DNA from: the human T2T-CHM13v2.0 reference genome, Homo sapiens
Direction: 5' to 3' (one strand)
NCBI RefSeq assembly: GCF_009914755.1
Contig: NC_060936.1
Length of the DNA: 64,000 nucleotides
The notes under the pieces are model-generated. The model did no database searches. It worked only from the letters and a program-made list of their open reading frames with translations, and was not told where the DNA came from. The position numbers and the translations under genes are program-made. Below are positions 44,534 through 60,331 of this stretch, piece after piece (the stretch's first letter is position 1; every line of letters starts with the position of its first letter).

Positions 44534-44924
44534 TCACTTGTATAACATTTGCCTTTGGAAAGGCCCTGTTCTAAGCATTTCTGCTATGAGATGCAGAATT
44601 AAATGTACTAACCCAGAAAGATGTCCAAGATATGTCCTTAAGTGAATAAAAACGAACTACCACCTTGCAGCTTGTGTGGTATAATTCGATTTTTATAAAT
44701 TAAAATATGATGTTTTTTATTTCCTTGTACGTTGTTGGTGGGAGAATAAAAAGTTCATTTGCTGTGGGAAACAGTCTGGCAGTTCCTCAAAAAGTTCAAC
44801 ATAGAATTGCCACACGACTCAGCAATTCCACTCCTAGGTATACACCCAAGAGAACTGAAAACAGAGACTCAAATACTCGTACATGGATATTCATAACAGC
44901 AGTCTTCCTATAGCCAAAAGGTGA

Positions 44925-45311
44925 TGTGTTGGTTTAGTTTATGTGTTAACTTGGCTGGGCCATGGTGCCCAGATATTTGATTGAATACTATTCTAGATGA
45001 GGGTGTGTTTTAGATGAGATTAACATTTAAATGTGTGGCCTTTGAGTAAAGTAGGTTGCACTCCACAGTGTGGGTGTGCCTCACCTGATCAGTTGAAGGC
45101 CTTAGAAGAACAAAGACTGAGCTCGTCTGAGCAAGAAAGAATTCTGCCAGCAACATCAGTTCTTCCCAGGGCGTCCAGCCTGCTGGCCTACCCTTCAGAT
45201 TTGGGACTTGCCATCCTCCATGATTGTGTGAATCAGTTCCTCAAAATAAATGTCTTTATAGAAACAGAAAATTCTATGGTCCTGTTTCTCTGGAGGATCT
45301 TGACTAGGACA
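44925..45311 (+). mobile_element. MLT2-like LTR within L1 fragments (about 44730-46110)
   Basis: TTATGTGTTAACTTGGCTGGGCCATGGTGCCCAGATATTTG...GTTTCTCTGGAG motifs. Confidence 0.65.
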
Positions 45312-45564
45312 AGTAGAAACAAGACAAATGGTCACCTGTGAATGAATGGATGAACACATTTGTGGTATATAAATACAATGGAAAATATTATTCAGCCATT
45401 AAAATGCTGAAGGGATGAAGTGCTTTTAATGGTTTAATGAATCCTTTTATAAAAAGGATGCGTCATGCTACAAAGTGTATCAGTCTCAAAATCATTATTC
45501 TGGTTGGGCACGTTGGCCCACACCTGTAATCCCAGCACTTTGAGAGGCTGAGGCGGGTGGATCA

Positions 45565-45783
<219 letters not shown>

Positions 45784-46348
45784 TCAAAAAAAAAAATTAT
45801 TATTGTAAGTAAAAGAAGCCAGACACAAAAGGTCACATACAGTATGATTTCATTTATATAAAATACCCAGAATAGATAGATCATAAAGACAGGACTCAGG
45901 TTAGCGTTTGCCAGGGGAGAATGAGGAATGACTGCTTAATGATTTTGGGGTTTGCTTTTGGGGTGATGGAAATGTTTTGGAAGTAGATAGAGGTGGTGTT
46001 TGCACACCAGATGGAGATACTAAATGTCATTGAATTGCTCACTTTAAATGGTTAATTTTGTGTTATTGTGCTATTGTGTTATGTGAATTGCAACTCAATT
46101 TTAAAAATTATATATACATTTTAAAATCTGGAATACATTTTAAAATTTGTACTCTGGAGTTAAGCTGCCTGGTTTAAAGTTAATTCTCTCGCTGAGTAGC
46201 TGTGAGATCTTAGGCAAGCTATTTCACCTCTTTGTTTCCTCCTGTGTAAAACAGGAACAATATTACATCACTCTAATATGAAGGAAAAATGAGTTAATCT
46301 GTGTAAAGTGCTTATAACAGTGTATAACACAGAGGAGGTGCTATGTAA

Positions 46349-46583
<235 letters not shown>

Positions 46584-47735
46584 TAGCCAGGATGGTCTGG
46601 ATCTCCCGACCTTGTGATCCGCCTGCCTCGGCCTCCCATGGTGCTGGGATTACAGGCTTCAGCCACCGCGCCCGCCCTATTACTATTATTATTATAATTA
46701 TATGACCAAACTGTCACAGTACTCTGGGGAGAGAGAAACCTTCATTTTTTACTGTATATGCTTCTGTATGGTTTGAATATTTTGCAAGAAGCATGTAATA
46801 TTTTTACAATAAAAGACTAAAATGCATTGTAGTAAGACTCTCAGAGTGTCTGGGAGCACAGAATTAGAGTCAAGCTGATCCTCTGCCAGTGCTTTTAGTC
46901 CACTGAGAATCGACCTGTGGCGGGTCATCCCAGCTTCAACCAGTGAGATGCGTTTATGCTGATACTTCTGATACTCTGGGTCCCTCATATGAGGGGGTCC
47001 TTGGTTTGACTAAGCAAAGACAGGTTTTGCTGCCTGACTTAACAAAGTGCTTATCTCATCCCGATAAAATTGTATCATCTTTTAAAATTAGTCCTCCTCT
47101 ACATTGAATGTTTATGGGCCTCTTGTGACAGAACTGGTTGTGTCCCTTGTCAGTCCTGTGCTGCAAGAGCAAATGACCTTATTAAACGTCTACTTTTTGG
47201 AGAAGCAGAACAGGTTGCTTTTTATTAACTGCTGTGGTGCCGCTCCTCCCTCTTCATCTCAGTCCCCTAATCCTTCTCCCTTTGAGCAGGGCTTCTGGGA
47301 TCAAGAGTGCAGATGATGGCCTATTTATGTGTTGTTTTTGTCTTCCCAGCATCCAGGCACTCTACTTGGGCATTAGCATCCTGATTTTCCTTGGGCAACA
47401 GATTCCGCCCTCTCCATCCATCTCCGAGGTTTGGAGGATTGGGGATTTGGTTCCACCCCTTGCCTCTAAAAATAGGCATGTGACCAGGTCTGGCCAATCA
47501 GATCATTCCATCCCTGTGGCCACTGTGACTGGCCCAGGGATGAGCACATGACTCAAAATGCTAATGAGACATTCACCTGAGTTGTTCCCTGGAACTGTTG
47601 GAAAAGATAAATATCTCTTTCTTCTGGGATGGTTAAACTAATAGAAAATAACGTAAGTAAGCAGTAGGAAGAAAACATAGGGATAGAGCCAACAGATGAA
47701 AAGAGATAGCAACCTTAAAAAAAAAAAACTTGTAA

Positions 47736-48168
<433 letters not shown>

Positions 48169-48262
48169 TTAGAATTCTCTGAGAGCAAGAGTGAGAGAAA
48201 GGTTCTAGAATACGTTGTTTTATCTGCAGGATCCAACTATTCTTGAAACCAAGATCTATTCC

Positions 48263-49234
48263 TGAAGGGGTGGGTTGCCCCTCCACGCCTGTGGGCATTT
48301 CTCGTCAGGTGGAACGAGAGGCTTGGAAAAGAAAGAGACACAGAGACAAATTGTAGAGAAAGAAAAATGGGCCCAGGGGACCGGCGTTCAGCATACGGAG
48401 GACCCGTGCCCGCACCGGCCTCTGAGTTCCCTTAGTATTTATTGATCATTAGCAGGCATTTCCCGGACAGGGGGATGTGCCAGGATAATAGGGTATAATA
48501 GTAGAGAGAAGGTCAGCAGGAAAACATGTGAACAAATGTCTCTGCATCATAAACATGGTAAAGAAAAAAGTGCTGTGCTTTTGATGTGCATATACATAAA
48601 CATCTCAATGCCTTAAAGAGCAGTATTGCTGCCAGTATGTCCCACCTCCAGCCCTAAGGCGGTTTTCCCCTATCTCAGTAGATGGAATATACAATCGGGC
48701 TTTACACCGAGACATTCCATTGCCCAGGGACGAGCAGGAGACAGATGCCTTCCTCTTATCTCAACTGCACAGAGGTGTTCCTTCCTCTTTTACTAATCCT
48801 CCTGAGCACAGACCCTTTACAGGTGTCGGGCTGTGGAATGGTCAGGTCTTTCCCTTCCCACGAGGCCATATTTCAGACTATCACATGAGGAGAAACCTTG
48901 GACAATACCTGGCTTTCCTAGGAAGAGGTCCCTGCGGCCTTCTGCAGTGTATTGTGTCTCTGGGTACTTGAGATTAGGGAGTGGTGATGATTCTTAAGGC
49001 GCATGCTGCCTTCAAGCATTTGTTTAACAAAGCACATCCTGCACAGCCCTTAATCCATTTAACCCTCAGTTGACACAGCACAGGTCTCAGGAAGCACAGG
49101 GTTGGTGGTAGGGTTACAGATTAACAGCATCTCAAGGCAGAAGAATTTTTCTTAGCACAGAACAAAATGGAGTCTCTTATGTCTACTTCTTTCTACACAG
49201 ACACAGTAACAATCTGATCTTTCTTTTCCCCATA
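48263..49234 (-). mobile_element. HERV-K(HML-2) solo LTR, probably LTR5B, 972 bp
   Basis: Minus strand starts TATGGGGAAAAGAAAGATCAGATTGTTACTGTGTC and ends GCAACCCACCCCTTCA. Exact 6-bp TSD TATTCC at 48257-48262 and 49235-49240. Confidence 0.95.
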
Positions 49235-49544
49235 TATTCCCATACTCTTACATTTTTCTTTTTTTCATTAAAAAAAATTGTAGGCCGGGCGCGGTGGCTC
49301 ACGCCTGTAATCCCAGCACTTTGGGAGGCGGAGGCGGGAGGATCCCTTGAGTCCGGGAGTTCGAGACCAGCCTGGACAGCATAGGGAGATTCCCCCACCT
49401 CTATAAACAAATTAAAAATTAGCTGGGTGTGGTAACGCGCGCCTGTATTCCCAACTACTTGGGAGGTCGAGGCTGCAGTGAACCGTGTTTGTGCAACTGC
49501 ACTCCATCCAGCCTAGGTGACAGAGTGAGACCCTGTCAAAACAT

Positions 49545-49871
49545 AAAGAAAAGGATGAAGGAAGGGAGGGAGGAAGGAAGGAAGGGAGGGAGGAAGGAAG
49601 GAAAGAAGGAAGGAAGGGAGGGAGGGAGGGAAGGGGAAGAAAGAGACAGAAAGAAGAGAAAGAAGAAAGAAAAGAAAGAACAGAAAAGAAAGAAAAAAGA
49701 ATTCCTTTAATTTAGTGTATGGTGTTAAAACGCAACCAAACGCTCCATCCGGCGAAGAGAGAGAGAAAAGAAGAGAGGAAGGAAAGAAGGAAGGGAGGGA
49801 GGGAGGGAGGGAGAACACCTTCCTTTAATTCAGTGCATGGTGTTAAAATGCGACCAAACGCTCTATCCGGC
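49545..49871. repeat. (GGAA/GGGA)n purine tracts alternating with a duplicated 52-bp unit
   Basis: Units at 49702-49753 and 49820-49871 are 47/52 identical. Confidence 0.9.
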
Positions 49872-49929
49872 TGCAATCTCCCCGCACGGGAGTGATTTAT
49901 GCAGTAGCTGGAGGTTAGTCAGGACTCCA

Positions 49930-50520
49930 GGATGCACCGCAGACACCGAGGCGATGATCCTCGGACTCATTAATAGGGAGTCATTTGTGACTCAGGTGCG
50001 CTCTCTGCGTCTGCAAGTCACGTTCCCTTCGGCACGCCCATCTCGAGGATTCATCCTCTCCAACGGGTGACGAGCACCGCCTGCCGGCGGCCCGCCTCTC
50101 GGCCTCTTGGCCACGCCCCCCACCGGAGGGCAAGGCGCACGCTCCGCAATTTTTCTCCGCCCCCGTCTTCCGGCTTCTCGCGACATCCGCCCAGCGGCGG
50201 CCGGAATCTCGCGATAAAGGCTCATTGTCTCGCGGGAGCGCTGCTGGCGGTCGGGCGCTCGGGCGGCCCTGGCCGGGGAGACGAGTTGCATGTGTTGGTT
50301 CAGCTGGCGATAGCGGCGGGAGCGGAGCCGGCGGGGCCTGTGCGACCGCCTGGGTAACGACCCCAAGTGCTTCTCCCGCTCCCGAGAAGCTCGTAGAGAG
50401 TGTGGGGGAAGCTGAGATGCTGCCTGGCGGAAGGGGGCCGGGCCGGGCCTCTCCACACCCCCGCCCACAAGGGCCCCTTCTGGCGTCCCCGGGGTTGCTC
50501 CTTCGCCTCAGACCTGGTCG
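49930..50520 (+). promoter_or_regulatory. DENR: DENR CpG-island promoter (KLF/SP GC boxes, ETS CCGGAA, three TCTCGCG elements)
   Basis: High CpG density, GCCACGCCCC near 50110, TCTCGCG at 50176, 50207 and 50228; no TATA box seen. Confidence 0.9.
50227..50353 (+). other. DENR: DENR exon 1 (non-coding; start approximate)
   Basis: Donor TGG|GTAACG at 50353/50354 inside the CpG island. Confidence 0.75.
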
Positions 50521-51104
50521 CCCTTGTCCCCTCAGTGCTCTTACATTCTGCGCTCGTTTTCTCTCCTCATCCTTCTTACGCTCTGGTTACCCCGCCCCCT
50601 CCCATGCCCTTTTTAGACTCCCCAGGCCCCTCTCATGGCGTTTAGTTGCCCCCACACCCTGCACCCCGGGCTTCTCCGATGACCCACCCCTTGTTCCTAG
50701 GCACTTCCAGCCTCTCTCCATTCGGCGCCTTTGTAGCCCTTCTCTCACTGCAGTTTGCATCCCTCCCAGATCACCCTCAGACCTTTTTGCTCCGTGTCTG
50801 CCGTGGGTACTCACCCCATCTTTCCTTCCCCATTGCTTCCTGTTTTTCTCTAGTGAGTCCCTCTGCCCCATCCTTCATGGTCCATTTGCTGCTTGCTTCC
50901 CTGTAGACCTGTGGAGCAAGGAGATGTTGTGCCTGGGATTGCTCATATTTTATGAATCGAATGCAGCTTGTATCCCCCACTCAACAACAGACTTGAAACA
51001 GCTTTGGGGTGGGGAGGTTTCTGTTGAGAGGAACACTGCTCTTCTGGGGTCTTGATTCTAAAATAGTGAGGGTGTGTTATTTTCCTTGCTTACAGGTTTG
51101 TGAA

Positions 51105-51210
51105 ATGGCTGCTGACATTTCTGAATCCAGCGGGGCTGACTGCAAAGGAGACCCAAGGAACAGTGCCAAGTTAGATGCCGATTACCCACTTCGAGTCCTT
51201 TATTGTGGAG
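51105..51210 (+). CDS. DENR: DENR exon 2 coding part (exon starts 51096): [35 protein letters not shown]
   Basis: Acceptor TTACAG|G, ATG at 51105, non-canonical donor GAG|GCAAGT. Matches the recalled DENR N-terminus. Confidence 0.95.
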
Positions 51211-52077
51211 GCAAGTGTTGGTAGCCACAGAATGACTTTTACTCACTATACTTTTATGCATTGTAATAACAGTTTGACATTTGGTAAGCTTTCTTCCCCA
51301 TCCTTTTCATTTGGTGAGTTTGTACTGGGGGAGAGGAGTCCTGGGGAGGAGGAGGCATGAATTAACAGAGTTTCCCCACCTGGGTGATTTGTGTCTGGCT
51401 ACTCTGCCTGAAGAAGCTTACAGTCCATTTGTAACAGGATGTGCAACTAGGTTATTTCAGCCTGAAGGTCCTCAAGGTGTATGCTAGTCTAGCTGTCAAA
51501 GGAGGGCTTCTTGGAAGATTATGAGTTAAGGATGGCAAGGACTGGATGAGAAGGTGGGGAACGGCGTCCCAGACAAAGCGCACGACTATGTAAGAAAAAG
51601 CTTGATGGCTGTCTGTGAAGAAGTGAGCAGCTTTGAGTTTGTCTGGTGTATCGTATAGGGAGGGTGGCCCGTTAAGGAGTGGGAGAAGGTGAGGTTGGAG
51701 TGTTGGGTGGTAGGACAGTGAGGAAAGTCTTCTTGGTTTGAATCATGATATATGTATTAGGTTTAATCAAGATCTTTTTCACTTTCGAGTGTTTTTCTTC
51801 ATTTTCAATATAGAAATATTTGTGAATTGTAAATGCTGTATGTATTCGCATCTTGGAAACTTTCAGAAAAATCTGAAGATACAGGACAGTAAAAGGGCAA
51901 GTAAATATTTTTTCAGTAAATATTTCTCAGAACTTACTGTGTGCCTAGTGATGTTTTAGGTGCTGGGGCCTGAGTAGTGAATAAGTCAGAAGATCCTTGT
52001 TCACGTGGACCTTACATTCTGTGACTGCAGTAGAGACCACATCTGACATTTAAGTACCGTAGAAGGAGAAATGATAT

Positions 52078-52132
52078 CTTTTTGCCATTAAAAGTAATGG
52101 CAAAAACTGCAGTTACTTTTGCACCAACCTAA
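52078..52132. mobile_element. MADE1 (Hsmar1-derived MITE), truncated at one end
   Basis: TTTTTGCCATTA-AAAG-TAATGGCAAAAA hairpin plus TIR TTACTTTTGCACCAACCTAA. Confidence 0.9.
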
Positions 52133-52779
52133 TCATTTTTTGAGCAGGAAAATAAAGTGACAAGAGATTAATATGCTGCATTATTTGGAGGAAATAGAAC
52201 CCACAAATTTGAAGGCCACTTTCAGAAATCTAGGTTTGAGGTAAATAAGTGCCTTGCTGAGAGTGTAAGCAGTATAAAAGTGAATAAAGAGGGTTAATCA
52301 AAGAAAAGATACAATGTTTAATGGTGAAAAAGGAAAAAGATATTTCACAATTGAGAGAGTTGAAAAACCAGAACACCACTAAAAATGATGACTTTGAGAA
52401 AGATTAGATTTGGAGATAGATAATAGGCTGACTTGCAATACAGTGAATTTGAGTTTCTCCAAATGGAAGAATCCAAGTATGCTGCATTTGGCAGCAGAGA
52501 GAGACAGTATATGAGCTTTTCTAAGGGAGAAAGAGAGAAAAGCCAGAAAGATTCTTGGGGTGTACCTGGAACGAGGTGAACTGGGTAGATTTCACCACAT
52601 AGAGAATTGCTTAGTTGGTGAGAAGTTTGGAAGCTTAGTGAAAATGTCAGTCTCTAGAAATCTTGTTTTATTTTTCTGTAATTATGAATTAAAACTAAGG
52701 GGCCGGGCGCAGTGGCTCACACTTGTAATCCCAGCACTTTGGGAGGCTGAGGCAGGCAGATCATGAGGTCAGGAGTTCA

Positions 52780-52998
<219 letters not shown>

Positions 52999-53472
52999 CT
53001 AAGGATGTGAGAAAAACTGATACATTTATTTTAACAAGATGCTCAGAATATAGATTCCTATTATATTTTTATATAATGATTACCTGTGAAACAACTCTTT
53101 AAATTTGGAAACCTATGTGAGTAAAGGATAAGATCTATTCCCTGTGACCTCAGAGGGTCAGTGAACTAGGACTAAAGTGGAAACTACTGAAAGGTGCCTT
53201 TCTACCTTGTCAACACTCTCCAGAACAGTACAGGCTTCCACTTAATGTAAAAACATTCTTATGCTTAATTGAAGAAACTAGTAGTGGAGATGGGATTAGA
53301 CTGTACCTTTTAATTTCTAACATTACCATTTTGTAAAAGTAGTGGATTTTGTTAGCCAGCTTGGTAAGAAGGTATGATGACATTGTTAATAGAGTCCACA
53401 TCATAATCAACAATTTACAAAGACTATAAACAATTTTTACCTAGTATCTCTGATGTATAAGGTCCTCGGCTA

Positions 53473-53880
<408 letters not shown>

Positions 53881-55439
53881 TTAAGGACTAATAGCTGCAG
53901 TGTCAGTACAGGAGGGGAGAGATTTGTAGGAAATTAGGGGAAGACTTCATAGAGGCAACCACAGCCAAATGGGGATTTGAAGGAAAGGTTGCATTCAGGC
54001 AGGCACAGAAGGGCTGAAGGTTGGACTTGCCAGGCAAAGGAGTGGAGGTAGGAAAGTATTTAATAGTGGGTAGTGTGGAGGGAGTTTCGAGTGTTACAGT
54101 TTGGTTGTATTGTGGAATTCATGAAGAGGGGCAGCCGGAAATTATGGCAACGTGGTTTGGGGCCAAGTTCTGGGGCACCTGATTTGTAGATAATTGTAAG
54201 TCATTGAAAGTTTTGGAGCAGTGAAGTTACATGAAGATGAATCTGGCAGCAAGATAACAATTGAGGGAGGCAGGCTTATTGGCCAGGCTATAATAAGACT
54301 TTAGACAAAATTAATGAGCATTTAAATGAGTGGCATAAGTGAGGAAGAGAGGTTGAAAAATAAATTATGGTAGGATGAACAGTATAAAGCAGTTAATCAG
54401 ATTTGAGGACAAGGGAGATGGGAGAAATAAACTGGATGTAGTTTTGACAGACATTTAGTATTGCTGGAGTGCTTAGAGAAGAGGGAAAACCCTCCAATAG
54501 AATACCCAACTGATTAAAGAGAAAAATAGAAGCGATAGTGACATAGGCATTTTTCTTATCATTCCTTCCCCCTCCCTCCCTTTCCCCTTTTGCAAAAAGA
54601 AGGATGCAAATTAGAGAATTTGCTCTCAGCTAAAGTCTGGGGTTTCAGAGAGCAGCTCAAATTCATTTAGGAAACACGTTTTAAGCATCTGCTCTGTGGC
54701 AAGCATTGTGCTCCATATACAGAAATAAGACATAATTATCTCCTGGAAACTGAGCTTAACTGGGAAGACAAACATTTTAACAGGTGAGTTATAATGTACT
54801 AATTGTATACTAGAGGGGTGAGCAGACTGCAGTGAGAATAAAGAACCAACCAGTTCTACTTGGGAGAACTGAAAAAAGGGAAAGTTAAAGTATTGAGTGG
54901 ATTTTATGTTTGTATATTTAATCTTCAAAATTGAAATATTACAGTTTTATTGATGATAAGCTTCTCAATTGTATAAGTGGTGGGGCCAGGATTAAAATCC
55001 AAGACAAGCCATTATAACATCAGCTTCAAGGAAACTTAGCAGAGTCTTGAAGGATGAATAGGTGTTTGCTGAAAAGAATGGCATGGATAGAAGTTCATTG
55101 TGGTTGGACCATGGGCTGGTAGGAGTTGAGTCTGGAGAAGTACGATAAGATGTTTGAAAAGTTCTTAATCTGGGAAGTGATGTGATTGGTTATATCTTTT
55201 TGGATAATAACTGTTTGGAAGGAAGGAGGAAGTGCCTGAAATGGGTTGAAACTGGCCACAGAAATCAAGTTTAGGAGACTTTATTTTTATTTTAATCTTT
55301 TCCACCCTCCTCCCCAAATTTAGAAGACTTTAAAGTATGAGATGATTGAGGCTTAGTGACACTGTGTGCAAAGTTAGTGATTTTGGTGACTGTTGACAGC
55401 GAAATTTGTAATTGAAAATATTGACTTTCAGGAAGCTGA

Positions 55440-55709
<270 letters not shown>

Positions 55710-56818
55710 TGATCCACCCGCCTCGGCCTCCCAAAGTGTTGGGATTACAGGCGTGAGCCACCAGACCCGGCCATTCTGATGTGTTCTTAAGACTAGATTT
55801 AGTTTATGATCTTGTGCCAAGACCACCACAGAAGTGCTGTTAATTTCAGTGCATTTTATCAAGAGGTACCTGGCTGTGGATTAGTCCCATTCCATGTTTC
55901 CATGTGGTGGTAACTTTGCTCATTTGGCCAGGCACAGTGGCTCACACCTTTAATTCCAACACTTTGGGAGGCCGAGGCAGGCAGATCATCTGAGCTCAGG
56001 AGTTTGAGACCAGCCTGGGCAACATAGTGAGACCCTGCCTCTACAAAAAATTAAATAAATTAGCCAGGTGTGGTGGCAAGTGCCTGTAGTTCCAGCTACT
56101 CGGAGGCTGTAGTGGAAGGAACACTTAAGCCCAGGAGTTCAAGGCTGCATGAGTTAAGATCACATCACTGCACTATAGCCTGGGTGACAAAGTGAGACTG
56201 TCTCTTTAACAAAAAAAAAGAAGCTGGAGTCTAGAGGCTTAATTTTTTATTTATTTTTTTTTTTTTGAGTTGGAGTCTTGCCCTGTTGCCCAGGCTGGAG
56301 TGCAGTGGCAGTCTCAGCTCACTGCAGCCTCTGCGTCCCAGGATCAAGCGATTCTCCTGCCTCAGCCTTCTGAGTAGCTGGGACTACAGGTGTGCGCCAC
56401 CACACCCGGCTAATTTTTGTATTTTTAGTAGAGATGGGGTTTCACCATGTTGGCCAGGCTGGTCTTGAACTCCTGACCTCAGGTGATCCACCACCTCGGC
56501 CTCCCAAAGTGCTGGGATTGTAGACGTGAGCCACCACACCCAGCCTAGAGGCTTAATTAGATTCAAGTTAAACAGATTTTGGCAAGAAAGTTTCGTGGAT
56601 GATGTTTCATTCATCATGTTGCATTGCATCAAGAGCTCATAATGTCAGATGTTTCACTATTAGTGATGCTAAGTTTGAAGGTGACGGCTAAATGTTTGCA
56701 TTGAAAAGGTACAGTTTTCCCTTTCCAAATAAGTAAGTGATCTGTAAAGAGAAATTGACTTTTTTAAAGCAAATAATGGTGAACTTAAAGGAGCTCCCCC
56801 AATTTTTTTATTGCATTA

Positions 56819-57175
<357 letters not shown>

Positions 57176-57945
57176 TTAGTATTTGCTGTGATGGTGTTTA
57201 ACCAATAATTGTATAGTTATATCCTGAAAGTGTGGCTGAACAACTATGCCTAGTATTTGAACTTGAATTGTGAGGAATATAGGGCTGTAGCTAACCAGAG
57301 AGATCTTTGGTGGAAATAACCCTAAACTATAATAGACTAGACTGGACAAAACCAATGGATTCCAGTTTTCTTCTGCCACATACCACCTTTGTCATTGTAT
57401 GAGCTGTTTAACTCTTTTAGTGCCCCATCTGTAAAATAGTGATTGTGTGGTAGCATGTTAGAATGTTAGTAGGGTGAGGTGAAGGCAGATCATTTTCAGC
57501 TGTCAGGTGCCACTAAGTTGCTTGTTTACTTTGTGTAACCTAAGTTAGTGGTTAATAGCATGAGCGTCAGAAACAGGCAGATTCAAATCCTGTTATCCAG
57601 ATGCAAGTGGTTATGTACTCTAAGCCTCAGTTTCATCATCTGAATATAGATATGGTACTTATCTTACAAGGTTGTGATAACTAAACATAATAATGTATAT
57701 AAGGCATAGCAAAGCATTTGGCACATACTAGGTGCCCAGTGTGTAGTAATTGCTGTGACTACATGGTATACCACCTTCCTCTCCCTGAGAAATCTCAGGA
57801 TATTGGACACACTGAACTACTCCATTCTAAACCTTAAAAATAAAAACAAAAGGCCGGGCGCGGTGGCTCACTCCTGTAATCCCAGCACTTTGGGAGGCTG
57901 AGGCGGGCGGATCACAAGGTCAGGAGATCGAGACCATCCTAGCTA

Positions 57946-58221
<276 letters not shown>

Positions 58222-58351
58222 TTATTAGCCTGTACAGGCTCTAACACCAAATGACAGGATTGAACCAAGATTCCTTCTAGCTTTACACTTTCATGATCTT
58301 ATGTAGCATAACATGAAAAAGCCTTGGCAACATAGCGAGATCCCGTCTCTA

Positions 58352-59023
<672 letters not shown>

Positions 59024-59026
59024 CTA

Positions 59027-59242
<216 letters not shown>

Positions 59243-59588
59243 TCAAACTCTGATGTATGGGAAATTGTTCGTGTCTTAGCTTAATTTTTTGACCCACTGA
59301 AATGGTTATGGTAAGACCTCATTATATACAAAATAGCATATTTTGATGTTCCATCAGCTGATGGAGACACTCTTTAGATGAAAAAGTCAAGATAGTATCA
59401 TCTCAAATAACCATGTGCCTTTTACCCCAAAAACACTGAAGAGTAGCATTTGAAAAGTGGTATAGAAAACTTATAGGGAAAATGTAAAAATGAAGCATTT
59501 TCTCAAATATAAAAGTAAGGATAAGCCCTGTGTATGTGTGTACATATAGGTTTAACATTTCAAATCTTTTTTCTTTTTACTTCCTCAG

Positions 59589-59608
59589 TCTGTTCATTAC
59601 CAACAGAG
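59589..59608 (+). CDS. DENR: DENR exon 3, 20-nt microexon: (V)CSLPTE
   Basis: Pyrimidine tract, CAG|TCTGTTCATTACCAACAGAG|GTAAGT. Keeps frame between exons 2 and 4. Confidence 0.95.
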
Positions 59609-60246
59609 GTAAGTTCTTTAATTTTTTTTTTTACCTTATGTATTTGAAGTTATTCTTGGTTTTAAAGCTACCTTGAGAATTTTTTTTTATTTTTCATTTT
59701 TGATTATTTGATAGTAAAGCTTTAACCTTTTATAGAGAACTTTGATTTAGAGTAATTTTTTGGTCTTATATATTCTTTCCTAAATTTAGACCTTAAATCA
59801 TACATGTGCATCTTTTGCACATGGCTGTGCAGTTTGGATTTTTGCATGGGACTTATGAATAGTCAGCTAATAAAATAAGAGTAACCTTAATGCCAAAATC
59901 TATACAAATGAGCAGAGGAAAGAAAGGGCAGTATAAATTATGTGTAAGACTTTCTAAGTCCAGCTCTATGAGCAAGTCATGAAAATGAGGCACTTATGTG
60001 CTCAAAGCAAGAAATAGAGGGAGAAGAAATAAATTGGTACTGTGAAGAGGTACCTAATCCTTCTTAATATCTAATTTTTTATGGGACATATCGTGGTTGA
60101 ATACAGATTTCCTGTGGATAAGAAGTCAGATGGGAGTGGTTTGTTTTATTCTTTGTATTAACAAGTATAGGGGGTGATTTTTAATTACGACATATTGTTT
60201 GACTGAAAATGTTTTGTTGTGACTCAGTTCTTTTTTTTTCTCCTAG

Positions 60247-60331
60247 TACTGTGAATATATGCCTGATGTTGCTAAATGTAGACAATGGTTAGAGAAGAAT
60301 TTTCCAAATGAATTTGCAAAACTTACTGTAG
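60247..60331 (+). CDS. DENR: DENR exon 4: [28 protein letters not shown]
   Basis: TCCTAG| acceptor, |GTATGA donor, 85 nt. Confidence 0.96.

Noticed and set aside
50225-51055. 276-aa ORF over DENR exon 1 and intron 1
   Set aside because: Non-ATG start, GC-rich and stop-poor CpG island, crosses a splice donor, no recognisable domain.
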